Assembly: GCA_034677965.1 (NCBI GenBank)
Contig: JAXDCM010000100.1
Coordinates: forward strand, 5,115 to 69,114
Length of the DNA stretch: 64,000 nucleotides
Direction: 5' to 3'
From: Syntrophales bacterium
GTDB taxonomy: Bacteria; Desulfobacterota; Syntrophia; Syntrophales; UBA5619
A program made the position numbers and the translations under genes. This document shows, in pieces, positions 46,772 to 56,124 of the stretch; position 1 is the stretch's first letter, and every line of letters starts with the position of its first letter. The notes below the pieces were generated by a model. The model saw only the letters and a program-made list of their open reading frames with translations, was not told the origin of the DNA and did no database searches.

Positions 46772-47802
46772 ACGTCTTGATCCTGGGGGTAAACGGCTTT
46801 ATCGGTCACCACCTGACGCAGCGGACGCTCGCCGAGACGGACTGGACCGTTTACGGCATGGACCTTTCCGACGATCGCCTCGGGAAAACATTGCAGAATC
46901 CGCGTTTTCACTTTATCGAGGGGGACATTGCGATCAATCGGGAATGGATTGAATATCACATCAAGAAATGCGATGTCGTTCTTCCCCTCGTGGCAATTGC
47001 CACCCCGAAGCTCTATGTGGAAGATCCGATCGGAGTCTACCATCTCGACTTTGAAATGAATCTGAACATCATCAAGGAGTGTGTCAAATATCATAAACGA
47101 GTCGTTTTTCCTTCCACCTCGGAGGTATACGGGGCTTGCAGCGATTCCGCATTCACGGAAGACGAGAGCTATCTGGTTGTCGGACCGATCCAGAAGGAGC
47201 GATGGATCTACTCTTGCTGCAAGCAGTTGTTAGACCGGGTGATCTATGCATACGGAACACGCGGGCATCTTGAATTTACCCTGTTTCGCCCCTTTAACTG
47301 GATCGGCCCTCGCCTGGACTCTCTGTATGCCGCAAAGGAGGGGAGTTCCAGGGTGGTCACGCAGTTTATCGCCGATCTGCTGATGAAGCAGCCGATCACC
47401 CTGGTGGACGGTGGCCGACAAAAACGTTGCTTTACCTATGTGGATGACGGAATTGGGGCATTGCTGCGCATTCTGGAGAACCGGAATAACGTCTGCAAGA
47501 ATCAGATTATCAATGTCGGCAATCCGGATAACGAATGTTCCATCCGGGAGCTGGCAAATATGCTGAAGAAGATATTCAGAGAACATCCGAATCATCGTAC
47601 GGATGATACCTATTCGGAAATTATTGAAGTCCCCGCCGGCGACTATTATGGAAAAGGCTATCAGGACATCTATACCCGGAAGCCAAGCATCGATAAAGCG
47701 AAGACCCTTCTCGACTGGTCGCCGGTCATCGGACTGGAGAATTCTTTGCGGATGACCCTCTATTCCTTCCTCGAGGAGAACGAACCGCCCGTTCGCAGAT
47801 AG
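46768..47802 (+). CDS. arnA: UDP-glucuronate oxidative decarboxylase (stand-alone ArnA C-terminal SDR domain)
   Basis: [12 protein letters not shown] Rossmann motif, FPSTSEVYG and YSCCKQL (SDR catalytic YxxxK), as in the ArnA dehydrogenase domain. Confidence 0.85.
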   Translation: MNVLILGVNGFIGHHLTQRTLAETDWTVYGMDLSDDRLGKTLQNPRFHFIEGDIAINREWIEYHIKKCDVVLPLVAIATPKLYVEDPIGVYHLDFEMNLNIIKECVKYHKRVVFPSTSEVYGACSDSAFTEDESYLVVGPIQKERWIYSCCKQLLDRVIYAYGTRGHLEFTLFRPFNWIGPRLDSLYAAKEGSSRVVTQFIADLLMKQPITLVDGGRQKRCFTYVDDGIGALLRILENRNNVCKNQIINVGNPDNECSIRELANMLKKIFREHPNHRTDDTYSEIIEVPAGDYYGKGYQDIYTRKPSIDKAKTLLDWSPVIGLENSLRMTLYSFLEENEPPVRR

Positions 47803-47852
47803 CCGATGATCCGTTTGCGGCGCTGAAAAGTTTTCACCGTTCAGGAAAAGGG

Positions 47853-48713
47853 ATGACCAGAATCCTGGGGCTGAAAATCGATGTCGACACCTACCAGGGG
47901 ATGAAACACGGGGTTCCCAGGCTCCTTTCGCTGCTGGAACGGGAAGGAATTCGGGCCACTTTTTTCCTCAGCATCGGACCGGATTCATCGGGAAGGGCGA
48001 TGATACAGATACTGAGGAACCCCGCCTTTCTCAAAAAAATGATACGGACCCATGCGGGCAGCCTCTATGGTTTTAGAACCGCCCTTTACGGGACGCTGCT
48101 CCCTTCCCCCAAAATTGCATTATCTTTTCCCGAACTGGTCGTCCGTCTCCTGAGGGAGGGTCACGAGGTTCAATTCCATGCATGGGACCACCGTCGATGG
48201 CAGGATGAATTGTTCAGGCAACCGGAACAATGGATTCGGGAGTGGTTTCGTCGCGGTTTGGAGGGTTTTGAAATCCTGACCGATAAAAGACCGACATCGT
48301 TTGCCGCCCCTGGGTGGCTCATTGATGATCGTGTTATTTCTCTGGTGAGCGAGATGGGACTGGATTACCTGAGCTGTACAAGGGCGACAGAGCCGTTTGT
48401 CCATGAAGGGACGAACCTGATGGAGATTCCTTCCGATCTTCCCTGCCTCGAAGAGACAGGGGTCGGGGATGGCGAGAGGAGAATCATCGCCGATCTTGAA
48501 GCGGGAGGCATCCATGTCCTTCCGGTCCATGCTGAAATGGAAGGCGGCATCGGCGCGGAGGCCTTTGTCCGCCTGATACAGGCTGTTCGGAAATCCGGAT
48601 ACACATTCCTCCATTTAGACGAAATCCGAAAAATCCTCGAACAGAGAGAGCTGGTTTCCAGGAGATTTGAAATGAAACTTCTCCCTGGTCGCGCCGTTCC
48701 GTGTGCCGCATGA
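47853..48713 (+). CDS. arnD: 4-deoxy-4-formamido-L-arabinose-phosphoundecaprenol deformylase (polysaccharide deacetylase fold)
   Basis: LKIDVDTYQGMKHGVPRLLSLLEREGIRATFFLSIGPD parallels the ArnD N-terminus. Confidence 0.85.
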   Translation: MTRILGLKIDVDTYQGMKHGVPRLLSLLEREGIRATFFLSIGPDSSGRAMIQILRNPAFLKKMIRTHAGSLYGFRTALYGTLLPSPKIALSFPELVVRLLREGHEVQFHAWDHRRWQDELFRQPEQWIREWFRRGLEGFEILTDKRPTSFAAPGWLIDDRVISLVSEMGLDYLSCTRATEPFVHEGTNLMEIPSDLPCLEETGVGDGERRIIADLEAGGIHVLPVHAEMEGGIGAEAFVRLIQAVRKSGYTFLHLDEIRKILEQRELVSRRFEMKLLPGRAVPCAA

Positions 48714-48809
48714 GGAAACGGGTCGGAAAGTCGTCTGAGGTGGGCGGGCCACCTCAAGAGAAATTAGAGCAGAGATCATTAAAAAATTATCCGCAAAATA
48801 ATATCTTTG

Positions 48810-48838
48810 TTGACGGTGAATCACAATTCTGGTATCAA
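48810..48838 (+). promoter_or_regulatory. candidate sigma-70 promoter for the first ABC importer operon
   Basis: TTGACG (48810-48815), a 17-nt spacer, then TATCAA (48833-48838), in the AT-rich 250-bp spacer after arnD. Confidence 0.3.
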
Positions 48839-48967
48839 CGTGACACGCTGAAAATGATCACAAGCCGTCAGATAACAATCTGTTCAGGCAAGCTGGTGAT
48901 AAGCGTTTTTACTGGTGACGCTTTCGTTCAGGGCTCATATCCGAAACAACCATTTTAAAAAGGAGGT

Positions 48968-49981
48968 TTGCGTATGAAGCGTTCAGGTTTGCTGTGCGTT
49001 GTTGTGATCATGGCCATGTGCCTGGCAGTTAGCGCACCGGCTGCGGAGAAGGTGACCGTTTATACCTCCCTCGAAACGGATGAAACGGTCAAATATCTCG
49101 AATTAGCCAGAAAGGAGTTGCCGGATCTTGAAATCAATGTCATCCGTCTTTCCACCGGCGAACTGGGCGCCCGCATGCTGGCTGAAAAAGACAACCCGCA
49201 GGCGGACCTGGTATGGGGCTGGGCCGTCACCGACATGGAACAGTTTATTCCTAGGGGACTTGTCGTGCCTTACAAACCGAAAGGGGTGGAGAGGCTCGAA
49301 AAACGATTTGTCCATCCTCAGTTTATGTATGTCGGCATTGATATGTACATTGCCGCATTCTGCGTCAATACGAAGGTGATGCAGGAGAAAGGGCTTCCGA
49401 TGCCCAAGGGGTGGAACGATCTCCTGGATCCGAAATTCAAGGGTCTTGTCACCATGCCCAACCCGGTGGCTTCCGGGACAGGCTTCCTACAGGTGGCCAG
49501 CATCCTGCAGATGTACGGCGCAAAGGAAGGCAAGGAGGACGGCTGGGAATTTCTGAAGAAACTCGACAAGAATATCGGTCAGTACATCAAGAGCGGTTCC
49601 CGTCCTGCAAAAATGACCGCAGCAGGCGAGTTTGCCGTCGGGGCCTCCTTTGAATTCGTTGTTGCTGAATTGATCAAACAGGGCTTCCCGGTGAAATTCG
49701 TATTCCCGGTTGAGGGAGCCGGGTATGAAGTGGAGGCCAATGCACTGATGAAAGGCGCGAAAAATCCCAATGCGGCCAAAAAATTCCTGGATTGGGCCAT
49801 TACGGACAACGCCATGAAGGCTTATTCGGCATTCAAACATGGTGTGACCCTGCCGGGGATTCCGTCCCGTCCGGATCTCCCAAAGCTCTCCGAGATCAAA
49901 CTCTACCCCATGGATTTTGCATGGCAGGCGAAAAACGCCCCCGACATCAAAAAGAAGTGGGAAACCCTATTCAACCGATAA
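48968..49981 (+). CDS. ABC transporter periplasmic substrate-binding protein, Fe3+/2-aminoethylphosphonate (PhnS)-type family
   Basis: Signal peptide (LLCVVVIMAMCLAVSAPAAE), VTVYTSLE, NPVASGTGF and GQYIKSGSRPA segments. AAGGAGG SD. Confidence 0.8.
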   Translation: MRMKRSGLLCVVVIMAMCLAVSAPAAEKVTVYTSLETDETVKYLELARKELPDLEINVIRLSTGELGARMLAEKDNPQADLVWGWAVTDMEQFIPRGLVVPYKPKGVERLEKRFVHPQFMYVGIDMYIAAFCVNTKVMQEKGLPMPKGWNDLLDPKFKGLVTMPNPVASGTGFLQVASILQMYGAKEGKEDGWEFLKKLDKNIGQYIKSGSRPAKMTAAGEFAVGASFEFVVAELIKQGFPVKFVFPVEGAGYEVEANALMKGAKNPNAAKKFLDWAITDNAMKAYSAFKHGVTLPGIPSRPDLPKLSEIKLYPMDFAWQAKNAPDIKKKWETLFNR

Positions 49982-49991
49982 CGGTCAAATC

Positions 49992-50021
49992 CCGGTCATC
50001 CCGCCCGTGCGGGATGACCGG
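49992..50021 (+). promoter_or_regulatory. intercistronic stem-loop after the binding-protein gene
   Basis: Perfect 13-bp stem CCGGTCATCCCGC / GCGGGATGACCGG with a 4-nt loop, 10 nt after the stop. It is followed by AAATAAAATTT, which is not a clean U-tract. Confidence 0.5.
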
Positions 50022-50078
50022 AAATAAAATTTACCTTCATTCTGTATAGAACACTGAACGTCTATGAGAGGATGGACA

Positions 50079-51164
50079 ATGGGTAGAGATCTCAAGCTGG
50101 AGCAGTTGACAAAACGCTACGGGAATCTTACCGCGGTCGATCATGTGAACCTGGAGATCAAGGAAGGGGAATTTATCTGCTTTCTGGGGCCGAGCGGTTG
50201 CGGGAAAACCACAATCCTCAGGATGATCACCGGATTTGAAACCGTCACGGAAGGGAACGTAATTTTCAACGACCGCATCATCAACGACCTGCTTCCCAAG
50301 AAGCGGGAGTTCGGGATCGTCTTTCAATCCTACGCATTGTTTCCGAATATGACCGTGGAGGAGAACATTGCCTTCGGTCTCAGGATGAGAAAGTGGTCAA
50401 AAAGGGACATCAAAGAACGGGTGGACAAGATGCTGGACCTGATCGGTCTGTCCGACTGGCGAAAACTCTATCCCGCACAACTCAGCGGAGGCCAGCAGCA
50501 GCGTGTCGCCCTGGTGAGGGCTCTCGCCCCCGATCCACAGGTTCTGCTCCTCGATGAGCCTCTGAGCGCGCTGGATGCGAAAATCAGACTCCGTCTGCGG
50601 GCGGAGATCAAGCGCCTGCAGCAGGAATTGAAAAAAACGATGATCCACGTCACACACGACCAGGAAGAGGCACTCTCTATAGCGGATCGCGTGGTGGTCA
50701 TGGAAAAAGGGCAGTTCAGGCAGGTGGGACGACCGATCGACATCTATAAGAACCCGACCTGCAATTTCGTCGCGGATTTCGTGGGCACCTCCAACTTTTT
50801 TTCGGGACGCCGTACCGTGGATGTTGTCGATATCGGCAGCAGGAAGATCAAGGTGACGCACAACGGCGACAGAAGGGAAGAGTCTGTTTCCCTGGCGATT
50901 CGCCCGGAAAACGTGGAAGTTTTTAAGGGGGACTCCATCCCCGAGGTTTCCGAACCCATGAATCTCTCTAACGGAAAGATCGAAGTGGTGGTGTTTCAGG
51001 GTGCCGCCGTCAGGCTTCTGATCCGTCTGAATGGAGAAGAGATCATCTCGGACATCATCGAAAAGGATTTCGAACAGCGTGCCTTGAAAACAGGTGATCG
51101 GGTTTATGTCTACTGCGCGCCTGAATCCTATCTGGTGTTTCCGGAAGAGGAGTGTGCCAAATGA
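50079..51164 (+). CDS. ABC transporter ATP-binding protein (PotA/FbpC/PhnT type with C-terminal TOBE-like domain)
   Basis: Walker A GPSGCGKTT, signature LSGGQQQR, Walker B LLLDEP. GAGAGGA lies upstream of ATG 50079. Confidence 0.9.
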   Translation: MGRDLKLEQLTKRYGNLTAVDHVNLEIKEGEFICFLGPSGCGKTTILRMITGFETVTEGNVIFNDRIINDLLPKKREFGIVFQSYALFPNMTVEENIAFGLRMRKWSKRDIKERVDKMLDLIGLSDWRKLYPAQLSGGQQQRVALVRALAPDPQVLLLDEPLSALDAKIRLRLRAEIKRLQQELKKTMIHVTHDQEEALSIADRVVVMEKGQFRQVGRPIDIYKNPTCNFVADFVGTSNFFSGRRTVDVVDIGSRKIKVTHNGDRREESVSLAIRPENVEVFKGDSIPEVSEPMNLSNGKIEVVVFQGAAVRLLIRLNGEEIISDIIEKDFEQRALKTGDRVYVYCAPESYLVFPEEECAK

Positions 51165-52912
51165 ACGCCGTGCAACCCTCCGGAAAAGGATTCTTCTCAT
51201 GGTTTACCGCCGACAACCTCTTCACCTGGGTGATCACGATTTTTCTGTTGGTCGTTCTGACGGTCTTTCTGCTCTATCCGGTGGTCGATATCTGCCGGCT
51301 GAGCTTTATCAGGGATGGGTTTTTTACCCTGCAGAACTATCTCGATTTTTTTGCCGAACCCCGGATATACAAATCCTTTTACAACAGCATGTATGTCTCC
51401 ATTGTGACGATGGTCGTCACGACGGTGCTGGCCTTCCTGTTCGCCTACGGCCTGACCCGCACGACCATGCCCGGCAAGGGATTCTTCTACATGGTCTCGA
51501 CACTTCCGTTGATCGCGCCGACCATCATCCAGGCCCTGGCGCTCATCCTGCTCTTCGGGCGGAACGGCGTGATCACACGTTACCTGCTGGACACGAGCTG
51601 GAATATTTACGGCGCCACGGGCATCATTGTGGGAGAGGTACTCTACTGTTTTCCCAACGCGCTTTTCATCCTCTATACGACCCTGTCTGCCGTGGATACG
51701 AGGTTGGATGAAGCCGCACAGAGCCTGGGGGCATCGGCCCTGAAAACTTTTTTCAAGGTGACGCTCCCGTCGGCGAAATACGGAATTGCCAGCGCGGCGG
51801 CGCTCTGCTTCAATTTGACCATCACGGACTTCGGAATTCCGATCGTCATCGGGGGCGACTATTCGGTTCTGGCGACGGAGATCGTCAACAAGGTCTTCGG
51901 CATGCAGCGCTTCGACCTCGGGGCGACGATCAGCGTGATCCTGCTGGTCCCCTCCATCACCGCTTTTGCGATCAATTACTACCTGACACGAAAAAGCTAT
52001 GCAATGATCAGCGGCCAGGCCCGGCCGTTCATCCAGCCTTCCCGGCCGCTGAAGAAGTGGGGATTTACGATCTACTCGGTCTTCGTATGTTCGAGTATCC
52101 TGCTGGTCTTTGTCACGGTCTTTTTGGGATCCTTTGTCAAGACCTGGCCCTACGATTTTACGCTCACCCTGAAGCACTTCGATTTTCCGTCGCTCGGAGC
52201 CAGCGTGCCAATCTGGACCTCTTTCTGGAACAGCGTGTTGGAGCCGGGACCGTTCCGCGAGATGATCGCCATCAAATACGCCCCGATTTGGACCAGTCTT
52301 CTGGTTTCCCTGGTGGTAGCGGCGATTGGGGCATCGATCACGCTGGTAGCCTCCTACATCATCGAGAAAAAGAAACCCCGCGGCGAGCAGCTTCTCTATG
52401 CGCTGTCGGTGTTGCCGGCGGCCATCCCCGGCGTCGTCCTCGGGCTGGGATATGTTTTGGCTTTCAACAAACCGTACTTTTTGATTTACGGCACCATCTG
52501 GATCATCATCATCAATGTGGTGATCGCGAACTTCACGCTGGGTGTCCTTTCCGGAACGGCCAACCTCAAGCAGATCGATAAGTCTGTCGAGGAGGCCGCG
52601 GTCAGCCTCGGCGCGGGACCCGTAACCACCTTCACCCGAATCGTCTTTCCGCTCTCCAAGGTGGCCTTTCTTTCCACGACCACCTTCTTTTTTATGCGGG
52701 CGATGACCACAATCAGCGCGGTTCTGTTTTTGGTTTCGGCACAGATCAAACTGGCCGCCATCGAGATCATTTTTCTCGATGTGGACGGGCGTACGGCAAG
52801 CGCCAACGCCATGTGCACCGTGGTTGTTCTCATTGTCGCGTTGTTCCTGGTCATTATGAGGGTTACAACCGGCAGCACGGGGCTTTCGGGGATGAGCGGC
52901 ACAAAGGGATAG
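51161..52912 (+). CDS. ABC transporter permease, fused double-domain (two BPD-type modules)
   Basis: 583 aa with about 12 spans and two EAA-like regions (DEAAQSLGAS.., EEAAVSLGAG..). ATGA overlap with the ATPase stop. Confidence 0.85.
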   Translation: MNAVQPSGKGFFSWFTADNLFTWVITIFLLVVLTVFLLYPVVDICRLSFIRDGFFTLQNYLDFFAEPRIYKSFYNSMYVSIVTMVVTTVLAFLFAYGLTRTTMPGKGFFYMVSTLPLIAPTIIQALALILLFGRNGVITRYLLDTSWNIYGATGIIVGEVLYCFPNALFILYTTLSAVDTRLDEAAQSLGASALKTFFKVTLPSAKYGIASAAALCFNLTITDFGIPIVIGGDYSVLATEIVNKVFGMQRFDLGATISVILLVPSITAFAINYYLTRKSYAMISGQARPFIQPSRPLKKWGFTIYSVFVCSSILLVFVTVFLGSFVKTWPYDFTLTLKHFDFPSLGASVPIWTSFWNSVLEPGPFREMIAIKYAPIWTSLLVSLVVAAIGASITLVASYIIEKKKPRGEQLLYALSVLPAAIPGVVLGLGYVLAFNKPYFLIYGTIWIIIINVVIANFTLGVLSGTANLKQIDKSVEEAAVSLGAGPVTTFTRIVFPLSKVAFLSTTTFFFMRAMTTISAVLFLVSAQIKLAAIEIIFLDVDGRTASANAMCTVVVLIVALFLVIMRVTTGSTGLSGMSGTKG

Positions 52913-52924
52913 GGTATTTCGATC

Positions 52925-53695
52925 ATGAACGTCATCGATCCGGACAATCCCATACCCAAATATCTGCAGATCAGCGCCTGGATCAGGGAACTGATCCAGT
53001 CGGGGAGATATGAACGGGGAACATCGCTTCCGTCGGAGGTCGAACTGTCCAAGATCTGCCAAGTCAATCGCAATACCCTTCGTCAGGCCATTGCCGAACT
53101 GACTGCGGCGGGAATGCTGCGAAAGGAAAAAGGTCGCGGAACCTTTGTCTGCGCGGAAACACCTCTTGCCGTTACGCACAAGCTCAAGAGCATTTCGAGT
53201 TTCAGCGCGGACCTGCATGAGCTTGGAATCAAGGAAAGAAACCGCATCGTTAAAAAGAGCATAGAGGAGGCCAGCGATCAGGTCGCCAAAAAGCTGATCC
53301 TGAGTCCGAACGGTAAAGTTGCGGTGATCCGCCGCATCCGGAGCGGCAACGACGTCCCATTCATTTACGAGGAGAGCTACCTCCCGGGTTCCACGTTCCG
53401 TGACATCTTGGAGATGGACTTGACCGGTTCGATGTACCAGATCATCCATGAGCGATTCAACGTCACCCTGGCCCGGTCGGACCAGAAAATTCGCGCGGTC
53501 AACTTGAAAGGCCTTATCGCGTCTTATCTCGATGTCCCGGAGAAGTCGGCCGCTTTTTTCATGGAGAGTCTGACCTACGACGAAAACAATGTCCCCGTGG
53601 AGCTTTTGTATTCCTACTATCGGGGAGATAAATATGTTTTTGAAATCGAGCTTGGCCGTTACCACATTGAAGAGGACCGGATACACCACGAATAA
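52925..53695 (+). CDS. GntR-family transcriptional regulator, HutC/UTRA subfamily
   Basis: Winged HTH (LPSEVELSKICQVNRNTLRQAIAELTAAGMLRKEKGRGTFV) followed by a UTRA-like effector domain. Confidence 0.88.
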   Translation: MNVIDPDNPIPKYLQISAWIRELIQSGRYERGTSLPSEVELSKICQVNRNTLRQAIAELTAAGMLRKEKGRGTFVCAETPLAVTHKLKSISSFSADLHELGIKERNRIVKKSIEEASDQVAKKLILSPNGKVAVIRRIRSGNDVPFIYEESYLPGSTFRDILEMDLTGSMYQIIHERFNVTLARSDQKIRAVNLKGLIASYLDVPEKSAAFFMESLTYDENNVPVELLYSYYRGDKYVFEIELGRYHIEEDRIHHE

Positions 53696-53696
53696 T

Positions 53697-53727
53697 TTGC
53701 ACAAGTCAGAGATATGTTGTATATACA
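53697..53727 (+). promoter_or_regulatory. candidate promoter with overlapping GntR/HutC-type palindromic operator
   Basis: TTGCAC (53697-53702), a 17-nt spacer, then TATATA (53720-53725). The perfect 10-bp palindrome TGTATATACA (53718-53727) contains GTATATAC, matching the HutC-subfamily GTnTAnAC core. Confidence 0.4.
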
Positions 53728-53768
53728 TCTAAACATTTATATCTGAATAGAGGTGAAAAGGGGGAAAA

Positions 53769-54968
53769 ATGAACGAAAACAACCTGCTGGAGAAACTGGT
53801 TCAAGTCAGTCCCGGAATGGAAATCTGGTGGGATTCTTCGCCGGTGATCTTCGAAAACTGGTGCCGCAAGCTTCTGGCGAAAACGCAAGAGGCGGACCAG
53901 GAAACACTTAAACGTCAATTCTCACGGATGTACGATGGGAAAAATCCGGAAAAATGGCTCTTTCGGGGCGTCACAACCAACCCCTCGCTTTCCCTCCAGG
54001 CCATCAAGGATGACGAACCATACTGGAAGAAAGTGGTTCAGGGGATGATCCGGGAGAATCCCGGGATCGACAAGGAGTCCCTCTTCTGGCTTCTCTACAA
54101 AGAGATTGTCCGGCGTGGATCGGAAATGTTCCTGCCGCTTTTCGAGAAAAGCGGCCACCGAGAAGGATACCTCTCCGGCCAGGTCGACCCGCGCAAGTGT
54201 CACGAACGGGACGTGATGCTCAAACAGGCGGATGACCTCGCATCCATCAATCCAAACGTGATGATCAAGGTTCCCGGGACCAAGGCAGGTTATGAAGTCA
54301 TCGAGATCCTCACCTCCAAAGGAATCGCCACGAACAACACGCTCACGTTCGTTTTGCCGCAATTGATGGATTGCGCCAAGTCCGTGCAGAGAGGCTTGGA
54401 AAAGGCCAAGGCGAACCATGTGGATCTTTCGCGCTGGCGATCCGTAATCACGCACATGGAAGCCCGTTACGGAGATCTCGGAGGGCTTCGAGATTTCGCA
54501 AAAGAGAAGGGAATCGAACTGACGGAAGGGGAGGTGCGGCTCGCGGAACTGGCCATCTTCAAGAAGGCCTACCGGCTGATCAAAGAGCGGAAATATCCGA
54601 GCAAACTGCTCTCCTGTTCGCTGAGGGTGGGACCGAAGGTAAACGGGGTGTTGAAGCTCTGGCACCTGGAAGAAAAGGCGGGCGCCGACATCGTGGTGAC
54701 CTGTCCTCCGACATTCATTGACGAGGTGATCCATTTCCCGAACCAAGAGCAGATCGTCTTTGATAAAGGGAGGATCGACCGGGAAATTCCGAAGGCGGCA
54801 TTGGAGAAGTTGCTGCGCATCCCGTATTTCGAAAGGGCCTACGCCGAGGACGGCTATTCGCGCGACGAGTACAAGAACCTTCCGCCGCTGGTCAAGACGG
54901 CGCAGCAATTCAGCAAGGCCACGGACGATATGGCGGACTTTGCCGGGAAATGTATAGAAGAAAAATAA
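53769..54968 (+). CDS. divergent transaldolase-family (class I aldolase fold) protein
   Basis: GVTTNPS, MIKVPGT (Schiff-base Lys context) and TNNTLTF motifs. 399 aa. GAGGTGAAAAGGGGG SD region. Confidence 0.75.
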   Translation: MNENNLLEKLVQVSPGMEIWWDSSPVIFENWCRKLLAKTQEADQETLKRQFSRMYDGKNPEKWLFRGVTTNPSLSLQAIKDDEPYWKKVVQGMIRENPGIDKESLFWLLYKEIVRRGSEMFLPLFEKSGHREGYLSGQVDPRKCHERDVMLKQADDLASINPNVMIKVPGTKAGYEVIEILTSKGIATNNTLTFVLPQLMDCAKSVQRGLEKAKANHVDLSRWRSVITHMEARYGDLGGLRDFAKEKGIELTEGEVRLAELAIFKKAYRLIKERKYPSKLLSCSLRVGPKVNGVLKLWHLEEKAGADIVVTCPPTFIDEVIHFPNQEQIVFDKGRIDREIPKAALEKLLRIPYFERAYAEDGYSRDEYKNLPPLVKTAQQFSKATDDMADFAGKCIEEK

Positions 54969-54994
54969 CAATATCCATGAAAGGAGATCAAGAT

Positions 54995-56089
54995 ATGAAG
55001 CCCCTGAAAGAATGGTTTGTTCCCTGGTTGTTCACGGCGCGGGAATACAACACGGCCATACTCGACAAGGCTTGGGCGAAACCGGATTACGGCCGCCTGA
55101 TGCTGAACGAGAACCCGATTCCCCCTTCGGATAAGGTGATCCAGGCAGTGGCCGATGTCCTCAAAAACGGGAACCGTTATCCCGACAGCATGCTGCGGCT
55201 AAGGACCAAACTGGGGAAGCTCCACAACCTCGGGCCCGACAACATCGCCCTGTGCAACGGCTCTTCGGAGATCATCGATTGCATGATGCGGATCTTCCTC
55301 CAGCCGGGCGATGAATTCATCGTTTCCAATCCGACGTTCGGACTCTTCCCGCCCCGGGCGGAATTGGTTGGTGGAAAGGTGGTTTCCATCCCCTTGCGCA
55401 AGGAGGATCTCCAGTATGACGTGGACGCCATGCTCAAGGCGATCACACCAAAAACCAAGGTGATCCTGGTCATCAACCCCAATAATCCGACCGGTATCTT
55501 CATCGACGACAAGGATCTGATCCGCTTCTGCGAGACGGGGATTCCTCTGTGCGTCGACGAAGCCTATCTGGACTACCATCCCGAGATTCCGTCCAAGGAC
55601 TTCCTGATCAAGAAGTATCCCCAGGTTTTCCTTTCGCACACCTTTTCCAAAGCATACGGCTTTGCCGGAATCCGCTTCGGGTACGTCGTGGGAACGGAAG
55701 AGATGGTCAAGGCCTTCAACACCATGTTCCTGCCCTGGAACGTAAGCCTGATGTCGATGGCGGCGGCGGAGGCCATCCTGGACAATCCGGGAGAGGTTCA
55801 GGCAAAGGTCAAGCACAACAACCGCTGGATGGACATCTTCACCAAGGAACTGGTCCAGGTCGGCCTGAAACCCTTCCCGGCGCACGGCAACTACATGCTC
55901 GTGGACGCCACGATGACCGGCAAGACCACGTCCCAGATTTTGGCGGCGGCGCTGGAGACGGAGCATCTCTTCCTGAAGAGCATCCCTGTGATCCATGGCA
56001 AGGACGGCTATTTCCGTGTGACGCCGGGCCTGGACGAGGAAAACGAACGCTTCGTGCGTTTCGTCCGCAACTATTTCGGTAAAAAATGA
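54995..56089 (+). CDS. PLP-dependent aminotransferase/decarboxylase of the HisC/CobD (class II) family
   Basis: LNENPIPPS, INPNNPTG and TFSKAYGFAGIRFGY (PLP Lys). AAAGGAG lies 9 nt upstream of ATG 54995. Confidence 0.85.
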   Translation: MKPLKEWFVPWLFTAREYNTAILDKAWAKPDYGRLMLNENPIPPSDKVIQAVADVLKNGNRYPDSMLRLRTKLGKLHNLGPDNIALCNGSSEIIDCMMRIFLQPGDEFIVSNPTFGLFPPRAELVGGKVVSIPLRKEDLQYDVDAMLKAITPKTKVILVINPNNPTGIFIDDKDLIRFCETGIPLCVDEAYLDYHPEIPSKDFLIKKYPQVFLSHTFSKAYGFAGIRFGYVVGTEEMVKAFNTMFLPWNVSLMSMAAAEAILDNPGEVQAKVKHNNRWMDIFTKELVQVGLKPFPAHGNYMLVDATMTGKTTSQILAAALETEHLFLKSIPVIHGKDGYFRVTPGLDEENERFVRFVRNYFGKK

Positions 56090-56124
56090 AAGACAGGGAA
56101 AATCGCCCTTCCTGAAGCAAATGT

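Noticed and set aside
48701-48958. 85-codon plus-strand ORF between arnD and the first binding-protein gene
   Set aside because: It starts inside arnD, runs through an AT-rich promoter-like spacer, and has no SD and no recognisable motif. The region is better explained as regulatory DNA.
51197-53728. 843-codon minus-strand ORF, the longest ORF in the window
   Set aside because: It lies entirely antisense to the fused permease and GntR genes, both of which have clear family motifs. Its translation is low-complexity D/R/G/Q/H-rich with no recognisable domain, SD or hydrophobic core. This is a typical shadow frame of a GC-rich membrane-protein gene.
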